Positions 38,680 through 52,511 of a stretch of 64,000 nt of DNA are shown here, piece by piece. The position numbers were made by a program, and so were the translations under genes. The stretch is from contig BDGG01000002.1 in the NCBI GenBank assembly GCA_001949185.1, positions 6,934,448 to 6,998,447 of the forward strand, in the 5' to 3' direction. The notes beneath the pieces are model-generated. The model worked only from the letters and a program-made list of their open reading frames with translations, had not been told where the DNA came from and ran no database searches. The stretch is from Ramazzottius varieornatus (Eukaryota > Animalia > Tardigrada). Each line of letters starts with the position of its first letter. The stretch's first letter is position 1.

Positions 38680-41077
38680 ATGGACGGTGCTTCTCCTCCT
38701 GTGTCTTTGAACATACCATCACCACCAAATATACCAAGTAATGAAGCTAACATATCTAACAGAGGTGATGCTAGCACACCTCGACTTCCGGTTGGTCCTG
38801 CAGCCCCAAGGAAAGATGAGACAGCTGAGGAGGAATATCAGGATGCTCTGGCCACTTTGATGTGGAGGAAGGACCTGACTGTGAGACCGTTGTATGACCA
38901 CATCAGTGCTATCATACGGCATCTTTACAAGAACCGCGGGAAGGAAGACCTATGGAACAATAAGCTTGATTTGCTTAGTCGCTTGGTTAAGCGCTCGAAT
39001 GTCCCTCCTGTAGCGGTGCACCACATGAAGCCAGGCTACGTCCCTCCGACCGAGTTACCCACCTTCCTAAGCATACGAGACTTCTTCGCGACCTTGATCG
39101 AGGAACCTGAGCACAAGAAGGTCGACGATAACGGGCCACTTCCTCAAGGTGTAGCCTATGTACCGCCCGAACACCCTGTTGAGGACTTCCCTCCACCAGC
39201 CGCCAAGAACGACACGGTGGAAGGTGGGGAAGAGGGTGAAGAAGGCGAAGCGAAGAAAGAGTACAAGGCAATCGATATGTATGAATGGCTGTTTTACGCA
39301 CAGCAAGCCGGTTTAGGACTGTCACAGACGGAAACCCATCTGGTCATGTCTAACATACTACGGTTCCAGAAAGCTAATTACAGTGAACTGCAGAAAACGA
39401 GGTTTTGGGGCAGGATAGCAGCAGCGAAGGGCTTCTACTACGTGATGGAAGTGGAGTTTAAGGAAATGAGTGAGAAATGGTTCGAGCAACCGGCAGTGTT
39501 AGAAAACCATCCGGAACTGGCAAATCACAAAGTCACGGTGTATAATCCATTCGGCACGTACGGCTTCAGAGAAGATTACGAAGACACGTTCTTCACACTT
39601 AATTTGCCAAAGTTTCCCATTCCGCCACCACCCGAAATCGATCCGGATCAACACTTCAAAGAGATCATGGTGGAAGAGTGTGGGACAGGGGCTAATATGT
39701 ACTGCTATTACGTCCGCACTGATCTGCTCGTGGGCGAATGGCTCCGGTTGCCGGATGTCACACCGGAGCAAATTAGAAAAGCACGCTTCATTCGACGAGG
39801 TCTGACAGGAAATCTGGAAGCCAAAGTAGTGGCCTGCCCGACTTTCCCAGGTCCGTGCATAATTTCCAGAAATATCAGGGAGGCCGTCAAACGAAACGTA
39901 CAAGATCGTCCTCTTAAGTGGCGCACATTGTCAGCCAATAGCAATGATAACGTCGCTACTTGAGCTAACGATTTTGTACGTTTCGTTCGCCGGCCTCCCA
40001 TTTTCTACTAACGATCGAACATAATTTATGTAGTTTTCAGGAGTGGAGAAGAACTACCTTCGGGCTCAAATAGCCCGAATAACACATGGAACCGCACTCG
40101 CGCCGCTCGGTCAGTTCGTTGCTCCGGAAGACGAAGAGGACGCCGGCGAAGAAGGCCAGGCTCCCAAGTTTATGTTAGTGGACAACCCCGAGTTCGAGCA
40201 TCCCAACCAGCGGCAGCTTCTGTCGAAGGACCTCTCCGGCTACACCCATCTGCTACCGTACCTTCTCCGGCAAGGTCGGACTACATGGTACGACCCGTCA
40301 CCCGGTGGACAGAAGCTAGGCGATGAAGACGAGGAAGAGGACGAAGAGGAACCTCCAGAAGAACCGCCCGAAGAGGGTGAAGAAGGTGCTGAAGGCGGTG
40401 AAGAAGTCGTGAAGAAGAAACTGAAAGCCAAGCCGGAGACCGGTCCGCCGGTATTCAGCCCCATCACCGAGGACCAGGAAGTGGCCAAAGATTTTCCCGC
40501 TTGGATAGTCAAATTTTCTCAGACCTGTCTTCCACAGAACGGTGTTGTAAAGATCTGTTCGACGCTTTGGCCAGGAGCGATGTGCCTAGTACAGAAAGAT
40601 AAGTCGGAAAACTTTTATATCGGGGATGGAGTAACGAAAGGCATCGAGTTCACGTAAGCGAAATTTCTTCATTTGGGAACTCGGCAAATAAACTCAACAA
40701 GGCCAAAGTCGCAAGTGGCGCAAGCTGACAGCTAATTAAACCGAACCCGTGCGCCGCTTGGGAAAACCGTCTTGTCGAGTTTTTTGCCGAGCGCCTATTT
40801 CATAACTATTTCTTTTCTGGAAATTCATAATGTCTCTGTTATCAGGCCGTTTCTTCCGCCTGCTCCCTCTCCGGTGTTCAACCAGAACTCGAAGATGCTT
40901 AGACATGTCGCGGATCCCGCCCCGCAAGTGGAAGAAGAACAGCGGCTGAAAAAGAAGGCGGCAGAAAAGGCTCGACTAGAGGCTGAAGAGAACGCGAAGT
41001 TGGACGCCGAAGCGGCAGCTGAGGAAGCAGAGGATCAGGAAGACGGTGAAGAAACCGAGGAGGATGAAGACCAGTAG
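38680..41077 (+). CDS. Radial spoke head protein 4/6 family
   Basis: LYDHISAII, QQAGLGLS, RFWGRI, GTGANMYCYYV, WLRLPDVTPEQIRKAR, FPG|VEKNYLRAQIARITHGT, STLWPGA, NFYIGDG, DPAPQVEE; introns ~39851-40040 and ~40654-40844. Confidence 0.9.
39878..39999. repeat. Fold-back element, near-complete copy 7 (RSPH intron)
   Basis: GGGAGGCCGTCAAACGAAACGTACAAGATCG..AAGTGGCGCAC ... GTCGCTACTT..CGATTTTGTACGTTTCGTTCGCCGGCCTCCC. Confidence 0.85.
40713..40759. repeat. Fold-back element core, copy 8 (RSPH intron)
   Basis: AAGTGGCGCAA-N25-GTGCGCCGCTT; outer arms CTCGGCAAATAAACTCAACAAG / CTTGTCGAGTTTTTTGCCGAG. Confidence 0.85.
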
Positions 41078-43343
41078 TCCAGCGCCTTGCGAGTCGTTTC
41101 CGTCGGGGTCTCGAGCCTAATGTTCAAGGTCTCCACGGGCAGCAGTGTCTATACGGTACGGTACATAGCCTACGGGTTTGCGCTAAGTCAACTATGCCGG
41201 TCTTTCGAACTGTAATATTTTCACATTCCGTCATTGTTTCTTTTTCCTTTTTCCTGTTTGTTCGGCATACAAATTAAGCGTCGCAAGTTCATTTTTGGTT
41301 TTCTAGTCTGTGAATTTATTTATCGTTCTGTTTATCTTCCTTGAGATGACACACCGGGGGGGGGCGCTATGCAGCAATCGTTCCTAGATATGGTGGGAGG
41401 CTAAGAGCCAATTAAACATGCGCGCGGGCATTAGGCTCTTTTATCTTTTTCGTAAATTGCGTCGATCTTCTGGAAGCAGGCGTTGAAGCGGAATGCTCGT
41501 GGGGGTAGAGTCGCTACGTGAGCGCCGTTTACTTTCCATGTTGCCACTCTGGAAGTAATCACATGAGACACTATCAGTCGTCCCGATTTAAGTTACTCAG
41601 CCAGAAATATGCTTTTGGTTCTTGCTTTCGTTAGCAGATCATTAAGATCCTCCTTGTCGATCTGCCCCACTGCAGATCAGCTCCGGCTTTTTCTTCTGCT
41701 ACACCAACCCATGAGTTTCCGTCAGGATTTACTGCACACTGAGGGTTGTTGGAGGTCACTACGGATACTATTACGAGACATCGCGGACTTACTCCACCCA
41801 ACTGTATAGATATGCAAATCTGGTGTTAATCAAGGGAACGAGTTAACAGATCGGGTATTAGATAATCAAAACTCGAGGGAAGATCAAGAGCTCATCGTCA
41901 GCAAGCTAAAGCAGCTGGACCTTTTTGTGAATGGGATTGGGTTCATAAAAAGCCACTACTTCACTGTTGCAGTACCAGCAAAATGGCCAAACAGGGAAAT
42001 TTGGTTCCATCTATATACGATGTGGAGTGTTTGAAAGTCCACACAAGTCCTTCAGGAACAAAGGATCCGCACAATAGGAAGCTGTAATTGATGCTGTCAC
42101 CGATTGCATTTAGCAGGCAATGTGTGTATCGAGAGACCTCTTATTGATCGAAGTGCGCCATTTGCATGGGCACGGACCTGACCGTGCTCATCCACGGAAA
42201 TTATCTGGGTCCTCCGCTGGCTCAGGATGATGCAGCATGATGCGATGGAGTGAGGTTCTGGCTCGAGTTTGGCGATACGGCCCGCTTCCTATACAGACGG
42301 GTCCGTGGGGGAGGATGAAGAGGATTTCGTATATCCGGTCGTAAATGGTCTCGAGCAAATCATGTTTCCGCTTGTGGCAGGCTGTCGGATAACGTTATAC
42401 AGTCGGAAGGCACGATAAGGCACCCTGTTTTTTTCCGAAGTTCACCTCCATTTGTTTCGCAACCTGTGTCACACTGGGTTACAAAACCTCTAACTTACAC
42501 CTCTGGAGATCCGGAAGTGTGCGAAGGCCCAAAGTAAGCGACAAGTTGTCTGTTTTTCCATCCGAACCCGACACTCCCGCAAGGTCGGATTAGCAAATCA
42601 GTCACACGACCACGGACTCATATTCTGAAAGATTCGGGGTGTTTCTTTTTCAAAATTAAGATCCTTAGGAATACTTTCCTGACGAGAGAACTTTTTTCGG
42701 GACTGCATGTCTTACTCAGACACCCTTTTCCCCTGACCGTTTGCGTTGCGGAGAACCCGCGTTGTGGCGAACTCGTCGTGGTGCAGTGGCTCATTGAGCA
42801 ATTACAATGGCAGCTGTACAAAAACACGAGCATTTCCTTTTTGTTGCGAGTATCAAGCTTAACGGTTCTTGCGGTCTTCGGATGAAAGTCACTTTTTCTT
42901 AAGCGGTTGAAACGGAATTGCGCGAACCTTAAGCTCCTTGCTCGTTGAAACCGATGTCTGAAGCATGTGCGGTGCAATTAGGAGTAAATGCGTCAGCGGC
43001 GCGCCGCTTTTCTAATTTGACGAATGAGGTTTCACAGTAGAAAAATTTAATTACATTCCATTATTGGCTTTGTGAAAACATGAAAAGCGCCTGCGCTGCG
43101 TCGCAAAGAAGACATTTAACAAACGCCAGAAATGTGTGTGCGTGAGAAATTTAGACCTGGTGGCACGTCTAGACAGAGGATCCCCACAGCACCACACACC
43201 TGCATACAAACGTGTGGAGCAACTGTGCGCTAACGTGTATGCAGGTCCGGGAAGAGTGGGTGGAAGCTGATTACCCATCATCCAAGTGATGATCGCGTGC
43301 AACTCGTCCCAGAAAACTACCCGTTAATTAGCCAGGCAGTGAA

Positions 43344-45894
43344 TCACGGCATATTTGACACTGTCTGCACCAATGGTGACGTGTGAAGAGAGGATTTGGA
43401 CGGATGATGGCCATTTACGTAGGTTATTCTAGCGATGTCGGTGACACCTATACTGGAATAATTGCGCATCGTGTGAGGACTTGGCCGGTCGCGTGGTAGC
43501 TCATTACTGGCTTCCATATCTGGAATCGTCACGGGCGATGAGTTGCGCTGCTCGTAAGGAGCTCCGTAGAGGCTGTTTTGACGGTCTTTCAAGGCCGATC
43601 CACCCGGGCATTTCTTAATCAACATCCAGGCAATCTTCTTGTAAGCCGCCCGGAAGTCTGGATTCAACGCGTATATGGCCGGATTCATGGCGCTATTAAT
43701 GTAGCCCAACCTGTCAAAAAAATGTCATGTGCGACTTTTTGCCTCTATTGTCCCATGCGCCGTCCTTTTGCGTGGAACTGAATACTTTTTTTCAACCATA
43801 AATGACACAAAAGAAACGTCCGTTTTCTTCCCGGAATATTTTCAGATGTAAGTATTAATAGCCACATTTGTGGAAGAATATTGCGCTGTGAAAAACTGCA
43901 AAACGCACCACGAGTTCTTGTGAAAGTTTTCAATGGCTTACCATGTGATGGATGACCGCACCCAGTTCGGGATATCCGGATGCGGGGAAAAGGCGTATAT
44001 CCAATAGATTATGAAAAATGGCTGCCAGCACAAGTAGAACATTCCAAAGATAATTCCCAGCGTTCGAATGGCTTTTCGCTCGCTGGCGAGGTTGTTGGAT
44101 TTGCTGGTCAGACTTTGCGTGTCGTCGGGGTTATTATGCTGGAGGGATTTCTGCATTCGATAGATTTCCTTGGCTTGCTTCATGGCAATGGAGAATATCT
44201 TGTAGTAGCATCCGCCCATGATTGCTAACGGGATGTAGAATGAAATGGAAGCCGAGATTACAGCGTACGGCTTATTGATATCCAAGAAGCACTGCCCATT
44301 CATCACGTTGGTCGACTCAGAGTTGTCCGAGTACCAGTCCAGGAATATCGGCAGGAACCTTCAAATGAACACTTCGGTGGTTTTCAAAGTGGCGTACCCT
44401 CTTAGCTTACAACAATGATCACACGCGCCACTTCAGATAAAAATCTGTGTGGAACTATTTGCCAACGCCCCGATTGGAACGAGCGTGATTTGGATTTTTT
44501 TCACACTTACGAAATGCAGCTGCTGTTGAGCCATATCACGGCGACGATAACGATGACCTTCCGGCTGGACATCCGCTCGTAGTAATGTAGCGGGTCATTG
44601 ATGGCAAAGTAGCGGTCCACAGCCACAGCACACAAGTGCTGCAGGCTGGCCGTACAGGCTGTTACATCCCAGCTCATCCAAAAACGACAGAAGGTGGAAC
44701 CGAAAGGCCATGTTCCGCTAATGTCATACACTACGCACAGAAAATTACAGTCATTAACACAGCTCAAAGTACCATCCACACCAATGGGGCAAAACGCATC
44801 ACGGACAGCACTTACCCAGAGCAAACGGAAGTACCAATACCTGCAACAAGAAAACCAAAAACAAATCAATAAAGATGTTTTTTCCAGCATTCTTTTATCT
44901 TTCAGAAAATCCAGTCACTGGCAACGCGCACGTCCATAACGTTGATAATTAATGAGAAAGCTGCGCACGCGTTGTTGAATAATGAGCCTTACTACAGTAC
45001 TGAAGAGTCACGAGCGCAGGATATGACGCTCGTAATTCGACAATTCTGTGGCGACGCTAATCACAACGTCAACTGTGGTATTTTTCACAAACTTTTGGGA
45101 TCGTGCGTCACCCAAACTCAGTCCATCATTTACCACCGAAACTTGGTTACGCCAGTGTCACAATAATTGGACAATGAATATTCACTGCCCATTGATGTCT
45201 CTATCTAACGCAAGAAACGCTCGCAGCGATTGCTTGAGCCCTGGAAGGTGGTGACTATTTGGATGTCCCACTTTTACATTGTCAAACCCGAGAGGCAATG
45301 ATTGAAGAGAACCATGATTTCTTCGCGACAGTATGCCGAATTTAAGTAATATTGTTATATAAGAACTGCCGCTGTTCACACGCCGACAGTCTTCAAAAAG
45401 CCGTTTGTCTCCAGATTGACAGTTTTACGACCTTCAAAGAGTCCAAATGCGCAGATCAGAGCGCAAAAAGTACCATCTCTTCATATTTCAATGTGGCTTG
45501 AGCAGCCAGTTGGAAAAGTTAATCGGAAAAAGCTCTTCTGGGAATGGGTCCTCCGCAAGTTTGTCAGGCTAAAAATACGACAGGAAGGCTTCACATCAGC
45601 GCCCAGCTCACCTACCGTAACGGTTAGATCGGCCACTGCCAATGCCATCAGTAAATAATTGGTGGTGGTCTTCAGCTTGTGCGTCGACAGTATCACCACA
45701 ACCACCATAAGGTTCCCCACAAAGGACACCAAAATAATCAGAGCGTAAATAGTCCCCAAGAAGAAGGTAAGACCGGTGACCGGAGAACCTTGCTGACTGA
45801 AGAGATTGGCATGTGAGGTACTTGTTGTTATTCCTGCCGTTGTATTCACCTCCGCACTCCAGTCGGCAGATTCTTCACTCGTTAAACCATCCAT
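43344..45894 (-). CDS. Biogenic amine GPCR, beta-adrenergic-like octopamine receptor type
   Basis: GNLMV, TNYLLMALAVADL, 25-nt microexon VLVLPFAL, WMSWDVTACTASLQHLCAVAVDRY (D3.32 and DRY), FLPIFLDWY, NKPYAVISASISFYIP, ERKAIRTLGII, CWQPFF, GYINSAMNPAIY. Confidence 0.8.
44387..44433. repeat. Fold-back element core, copy 9 (amine GPCR intron)
   Basis: AAGTGGCGTAC-N25-ACGCGCCACTT. Confidence 0.7.
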
Positions 45895-46616
45895 GTGCGC
45901 GAATTAATACGGCAGGTTGATCACGCTGAGGTGGCGCGAATAAGTGTAACATCAGCGCAGGAAGAGATTGAGCCAAAGAAGAATCGGACATTCAGCGAGC
46001 CATTAAGGGGAGATTTAGAAAGTCTTTCGCTACCTATCAATGTCACTGGGAAATGGCAATGCTTAAAGTCACTCGACGAAGTGCCACAAAGGCCACCGGC
46101 AACTGATAGCAGATCATCATGCAGGCTAGAGTAGGAAGAAAGAGTCTTCCCCTCAAACCGAATGACGTACGAAATAAGAGGAAGATTCCCGACTTTCCAG
46201 CAGCCGCGGCCTAGCCTTCCAGAAGCTACATCGATGATTATCTGCGGTCCGTAGTCAATTGAATTGCACCATCGTGTTACAATCTCCTCGTACAATATTT
46301 CCGACAAGTATCAAGAGGAAGGACTGCAAGTGCTCAGTAGTCAGTACTCTTTTTTAGACGTTATTTCCGCTGGCGGGTTCCCCTTCCTCTATTTGACGTA
46401 ACCACCATCGCACGTCAATTTCTTACGCCTTACTGATTCAGACGAGCTCTTTCCCGTCTTTGACAGCCATTAACGACTTTAAAACGTGTAAAGCCTACAT
46501 GTCCTGCAGCGTTTACTTTAAGTGCTATATGGATACTTTTCCCTGTAGTAAATCTATATTACCATGGCCAGTTGTAAGTGAGAGGTCCTTAATGAAACGT
46601 ACACAATTTAGATACC

Positions 46617-46663
46617 CAATGGCGCACTTTCTCATTGTAGTCGGCTGGAAACGTGCGCCACTT
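46617..46663. repeat. Fold-back element core, copy 10 (intergenic)
   Basis: CAATGGCGCAC-N25-GTGCGCCACTT. Confidence 0.8.
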
Positions 46664-47473
46664 GAAACAACTTGCTTGTTCGTTTCGTCTGCCGGTCTTC
46701 CATTTCCCAGTTTTTTACTTTTCATGTCGAAGCACTATGGGACATGAAAGACCTGGCATGAAATTGCAACTTACGTGAAATTGACAGATATAGTTATGGA
46801 CACATCACTTTTGCGTCTGTTTGCGCGGAAATACCGCCGCTATTGTAGATAGAAGTCAAAGAGAGTGAGCGAACTCTATATAAGCGCACGTCGTTAGTGA
46901 ATACCTGCGTGAGGTCTCCCGTGCGTGCTGACTTTGGCAGTTAATATCCCGAAAACCTCATTTGTTCCAGCTCACGACATGTTCTTGTCGTTTAGAAGAA
47001 TTATCCATAACCCATTCCTTCCCGAGCGCCATTATTACATGGTCGTTCGTCGTTTACTATTGACCGCCGCCTTCCATCATCATTATCCATTCTTCGAGGG
47101 TGATTTTCATGAGCCTTTTTTGCAAGATCACTGGCCAACATGTAAAAGCCGTTTTCAAAGACACAGAAGCCACTGCACTGCCCTCTTGCTCCATATGGGC
47201 GTCACTCCCAGTGTAGCTAAGTAAAGTTTCCATTAGGATACGCCTTAATTATTCACCAAGTAGAGCGCTCCTGCCTCACCCAGGGGACCATCTAACAGAC
47301 ATCGTGACGGTCCGGACTACCGCTCTTCTTCAACAGCGAACTGTATCAACCATCTACTGAACTTAATACAATCCAGCAGATTCCCGAAGTCAGAAGTGAT
47401 CGTACTTCATTGACATCAAAAAGTCGTCACAAAGTTGGGACGTCGGCGAATGACTTGAATGTGATCGTTTATC

Positions 47474-47519
47474 ACGTGGCGCACACCTAAGCCAAAAGCA
47501 ATGCACGCTTGCGCCAGTT
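47474..47519. repeat. Fold-back element core, copy 11 (downstream of the GPCR stop codon)
   Basis: ACGTGGCGCAC-N24-TTGCGCCAGTT; outer arms GTCGGCGAATGA / TCATTTGCCGAC. Confidence 0.78.
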
Positions 47520-47642
47520 GGAGATCGTGTTCAATTCATTTGCCGACGGCTTTGCCGAAGTCGGTTGTATGGTATTCGTAAAAATAAAGTGATTTTCATT
47601 CATACATGTGTCTAATTCTGCTTACAAAATAGAGATCTCAGT

Positions 47643-49466
47643 TCAAAAAGTAAAAACAGCGGGCTCACTGCTGGCACTGTAGCTGACCTGACTGACGGAT
47701 CTGTTCATACTGACACGCCTAGCGCCATCTACCGAATCGACATTGGTCGATTGATTTGATTCACGCCGCAACTGCGGAGATCTCCGCGGAGACCTCCTGG
47801 CACCAGTTGCACCAATTGCCTCAAACATAGCCATCGTTCTCCCCAGATGCGGGTTGTATGTCCCGAAGAACCTTGCAGTCTTGCCAAATCTCCGATGCAT
47901 CATCAGCTGGAATCCTGTCCGATATTCTTTCTGCATGTAGAACAGAATCATGGGGTTTAAGAGGGAATTCAAAAGACCCATCCACACCACCACGTAAAAC
48001 CCCTCAATCAGCAGTTCTTGCCGCGCACTTTCCTCCGGATGGTCTTTTGGCCGAAGTATGAATTCATCTGAGACATAGTTCGCCCCGACACAGTACGCCT
48101 CCAAAGTCGCCATGATGAAATATGGCGACCAACAGAAGAGGAAAACGAGAAAGACTAGCATGCACAACCGAACCATTCGAACGTCTTTGCTGAAGAGTAT
48201 CGCAGCTCGCGAAGGTCTTCGTGGACAGCGCGAAGGAGTGGGTGGCGGAGCGGCCGGAAGTCCGTCCATGTCTTGTAGACTATCGGAAGAACTGTCGCCT
48301 CTTCGGACCGCGGCGGACTGTGTCATGGGGAGAACTGACAAGCGGATATTATGCATTTTCTCAGCGTGTCGGTATGCCACAATGATTATCCTAAGGTAAA
48401 AGTATGTCATGACTATGACAGGAAGTCCAAACTGGAGAACGGTGGTGACCGTAGTGAATTCTTTGGATGCCCAGTAGGAGCACTTGCACTTCTTGTTCCA
48501 CTTGCCGCATTCGCTGACGAAGTCGGGGATACCGCGAACGAACCTGTCGTAGTTGGTCCTGTTTCGAATCTGGCGCGTGAATGATCCTGCTTGGTGGATA
48601 TCCAGGTAGATGGATACAAATGTGGCCGGAGTGGGGAGAACCCAGAAGATCAGGATGACGAAACCGGTTATTCGCTTGATCCAGCGCTCGTACCAAAACA
48701 CTCGCACGATTCGAAAATACCGTTCTGCCGCCAGCTACAAAACATATAGGCAAATGTGATCTCCGAGCTCGACAGTTATTTCGGAAATAAGCGGACAACA
48801 TGGAAAAGATCGCTTTCATCAGCGGCGGACTGTCTCAGCCAGTGACAACGAACAGGTGCGCCACTTGAGACAGCGTTCTTGTGCGTTTTACTTGCCCAGC
48901 TCCCATATTTGGTACGTATTTTCGGAATAAAAGTGCATTCTTCTATTTACCCCTGTCAAATGGAAAATGCTCAACGTAGTCAGATGTAAGTCCACAGACT
49001 GCGCCACATCACACAAAGGTTCTCCGTAGTTCCAGCAGTTCGACTGGATGTTCTTCGTGATATGGAAGGGCATAACCAGCATCCCAACCAGCATATCTGA
49101 AAAACAAAAACAAACAGGTCTGAACATGACAGTCAGAAATATTCTTCAATCGAAAGTGGATGATGGCACTGTGGTTTCGCCCACACCTACTACGGCATTG
49201 GAGAGCAACAGTTTGTTGGTGTAGACTTTCCAGAGCTGTTTGTTCAGCGCAATGGTCAGGACGAAAGCCAGGTTCATCATCACAGTGACCATGGCACAAA
49301 GCGCAAAACAGGCATTGAAGATCAGAAACACCAAGTTTATCCTGTCGGCTGAACAATGACATACTCCTCTCGCATGATTCAACAGGTCCTCGACAGTCTC
49401 ATGAATATCCTCTGGATGAAAGGCGGCTGGTATCGCGTGGTCCAAAAAAGCAACTGGACGTTTCAT
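47643..49466 (-). CDS. Divergent aminergic-type GPCR
   Basis: DMLVGMLVMPF, WNYGEPLCDVAQSVDLHLTTLSIFHL, AAERY, CWSPYF, WMGLLNSLLNPMIL; three exons. Confidence 0.8.
48820..48866. repeat. Fold-back element core, copy 12 (GPCR intron)
   Basis: CAGCGGCGGAC-N25-GTGCGCCACTT. Confidence 0.72.
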
Positions 49467-49964
49467 GACGTCACGGTATTTCCGTTTCCCGCTTGCAACA
49501 GGTCGACGGACAATTCACACGCACACACCACGAATCCTCCAGCTTAACCGATGTCAAGAATTATTACGGACCGCCAAGAATCCACAAGCGCGTTCGCTGA
49601 GAACAGAGAACGCAGCAGACTGCCGGCAGACAAGGAAAGAAAGAGATATTGTGGTCCCCTGACACTGAGGACGTCAGCCACAAGTGTCCCGTAAGATCCA
49701 GATGAATGGGTGCACATGAAACTACTTGGTCCATTTTTCCATATATTCGAAACCCTGCTTGTAAACTTGAACGGGTACAAATTATATCTTATCGTTTGGA
49801 GTACACGTACGTCACTTGCTTTCTCTAAGCGGACCCAGAGGTTGACAATACAGAAGGGCGATTAGGTTATCGAGATTTCATGGTCGTCTGACTAACTCCT
49901 TCGGCCTTCGAAGCTGGAAAATTAAAGAAAATAATCGAGTACTCAGCCTAAACACACGATTTAT

Positions 49965-50744
49965 TCAAGAAGATGCTGCCGGCTCTTCAATCCTACTCTT
50001 TAACATCAAGACATCAGAAAAAACTCCATAAAACGTTCTCATCAACTCAGCTAGACGCTTCAACCAACTGATTCGCTCCGATGGCGCAACCGGCACGCCG
50101 GAAATCATATTGCTCAGCGCCAACAAGACAAAGTTCAGCGTCATACGGAGATGCATAGCCGCAGAATCGTTACTAAAATTGATCAACGACGATTTGCAAA
50201 ACGCCTCACAGTAGTCGATCATCTCATCCGGGAAGACAAACAAGGAGGAGAAGAAGGTCCTATCTGTCCTCACCGGCGACTTTGACCAGTCCAGATCATG
50301 GCCGAAGTCAAGTTCCTCCTCACCATCTTCTAAAACCTGCGTCGAACGAGCCGGTTGAGCTTTGTAAAAAAACTGTAAGTCTTTGTCCAGTAAAACTTCG
50401 ATGAGCTTTTCCGTGGCGGAAGCAGATGCGTTCTCGAATGTGGCGATGTAGGCAGATGAGACCTGCTGCGCCAGTGCACACAGAGAAGCTCGTTTACGCA
50501 AGGTGTCGTCCGTGTCGCGGAACCGTCTGTATTCATTGATCTTTGCCGGGAGAGCTCCAAGCGCGGAAAGTATGATGGGAAGGACCGCCGCAGAAAGTTC
50601 TTCGGAGTTGGCTTGGTCGGCCAACAGGCGGAGGAAGGGGATGAATTTGGGCGGCAGAACGGTGGAGCAAGTGGGTAGTTGCTCGATAAAGCTGCGAAGC
50701 CACAAACGGTGAGAGTGTGCACTGGACTGGTCGGAAGCCTCCAT
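49965..50744 (-). CDS. Uncharacterised intronless ORF (~260 aa), predicted helical
   Basis: Open 780-nt frame from ATG 50744 with protein-like composition; no motif recognised. Confidence 0.55.
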   Translation of the reverse strand: MEASDQSSAHSHRLWLRSFIEQLPTCSTVLPPKFIPFLRLLADQANSEELSAAVLPIILSALGALPAKINEYRRFRDTDDTLRKRASLCALAQQVSSAYIATFENASASATEKLIEVLLDKDLQFFYKAQPARSTQVLEDGEEELDFGHDLDWSKSPVRTDRTFFSSLFVFPDEMIDYCEAFCKSSLINFSNDSAAMHLRMTLNFVLLALSNMISGVPVAPSERISWLKRLAELMRTFYGVFSDVLMLKSRIEEPAASS

Positions 50745-52511
50745 TTTGAAACTGATGCAACCAGAGATGTGTACGAAATGAACCATGAAGCCGACCGCTA
50801 CTGCCAGAAAGTTCCCTTAATAAGCAACCCATGGCAACTTAAATACCTATGTATTTTTGCCGTAGTATGATTTCCATTTTCCAATCATCCTCCATCGTCG
50901 GGGAAAATTACATGAATCACGTCATTCGTCTGAAGTCGTTCGTTACTTCGTTAACGTTAATAGTGCAGGACAGGAAATCAGCCAGCTCGATTCAAGTACG
51001 TTCTAGTACCAGATCTGATCGAACGTCGTGACAAACGTTAGCCATTATGTAGTATTGAAGTTAACTTACCTCCCCTTACTTCCGCGTTCAACTTTAACGA
51101 TATGTCCCCGTACCGAGCAGATTTCCATGTTACTCTCTCAAGTATGAAGCGTACGATCCGTTTCATCCAAGAACTAAGCTTACCTGAATTCATGAATCAG
51201 GGTACGATACCCAGTAAAGTCCCAAATAAACTGAAACTTCCCATATGAACATTGTCCATTACGGTACAGCCAGCAATATTCTACACCAGCTCGACGTGAA
51301 AGCCGACCCGAACTGCCAGCCTATATTCAATAAACCCCTCGGAAGGTAAGTGCTTCACCGCTTCGGATCCTTGAGAAGATCTTCCGACTGCAAGTAATCT
51401 GCAAGAAGCAGTCGCAGAGACGGTGTAAGAACCGGAATACAGTAGTATCAGTCCCATGACGACCTTTTGATGGGGTTTATTCCTCAGAAGTCAGAACCCC
51501 GACTGCGCGTCGGGCCCCTGCGACGAGTAGCACAGGATCAATCACGTGGATTTCACGAATTCAAAAATGCGTCAAATGGACCGTTCGTATTCGTATAAAA
51601 GGCGTGGTAAAGTATAACTACTAGGTCTGCAAGTATGACTTTACGGTTTTTCTGAGTGAGTATTTTTGAAAATTCATGTCTCTGGCGATATGAAAGGGAG
51701 AAACGAGAAATTCTCGTTTCTCCCTTTCGTAAATGATAGTAGATACAACAGCCTTCTGCTTAAGGTATTGGAGACCCTAATCCGTGCATTTTCTTGGTTT
51801 TGTACGAGAATGTTTTACGATCGCAAATTTTCAGAAATCACCTCCACCTGGAATTCTATTTCTTGTAGTCACACCAAGACAGTTGAAACTTCGGACACTA
51901 CAAAAAAAGAAACCTCAACAAAGACGCTAGCGAATGATCGTTCAGTTTCGGCAAGAACTTAACTTAATGCTGCCTCTTCGGTTTCTATAGAAGCAGCGCA
52001 AAAGAAACCAGTAGCTACTGGCTAAACAGCCCAACAGACCAATTAATTTTGTGACGTCAAAGACCACGTTCTTATTCATCTGGCGAATATTTGATTCGTG
52101 CTGCGGGTAGAAATCCGGCTGGATTGTAGTACTGATTGGAACAGAGAAATTGATTGATCAGAAAAGTCAATATCGAGCTGCTGAAGCCTGGAGAGCAATG
52201 TCAACAAATGCCTCTGATACAGTTAGCTGCTGTTTCTCCCAATAGCAACCTACTTTCCAGCCTTGATCGACTGTCTGGAAAAGGCAGTGTTGTGGAACAG
52301 ATGTCTTGAAGCGCTTGACTGGTGAGGAAAAGGACGACAGGAGCAACAGCAGCCAGTGTTTTACTCGGTACTGATATCGCTGGCGTATGTTGAATGTTGA
52401 TTCTTTGCAGGCCACAGACACGGCCTTTATTAGCTGGTGTGTTTCAGTGTTTGCTAAATCAATTTGTTCTGGTGTTCGCAGGACGTTTATGGCTTGTTTT
52501 ACGGCGTTTAG

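Noticed and set aside
51061-51080. ACTTACCT resembling the U1 snRNA 5' end
   Set aside because: No downstream U1 sequence; it is simply a reverse-strand donor-like motif.
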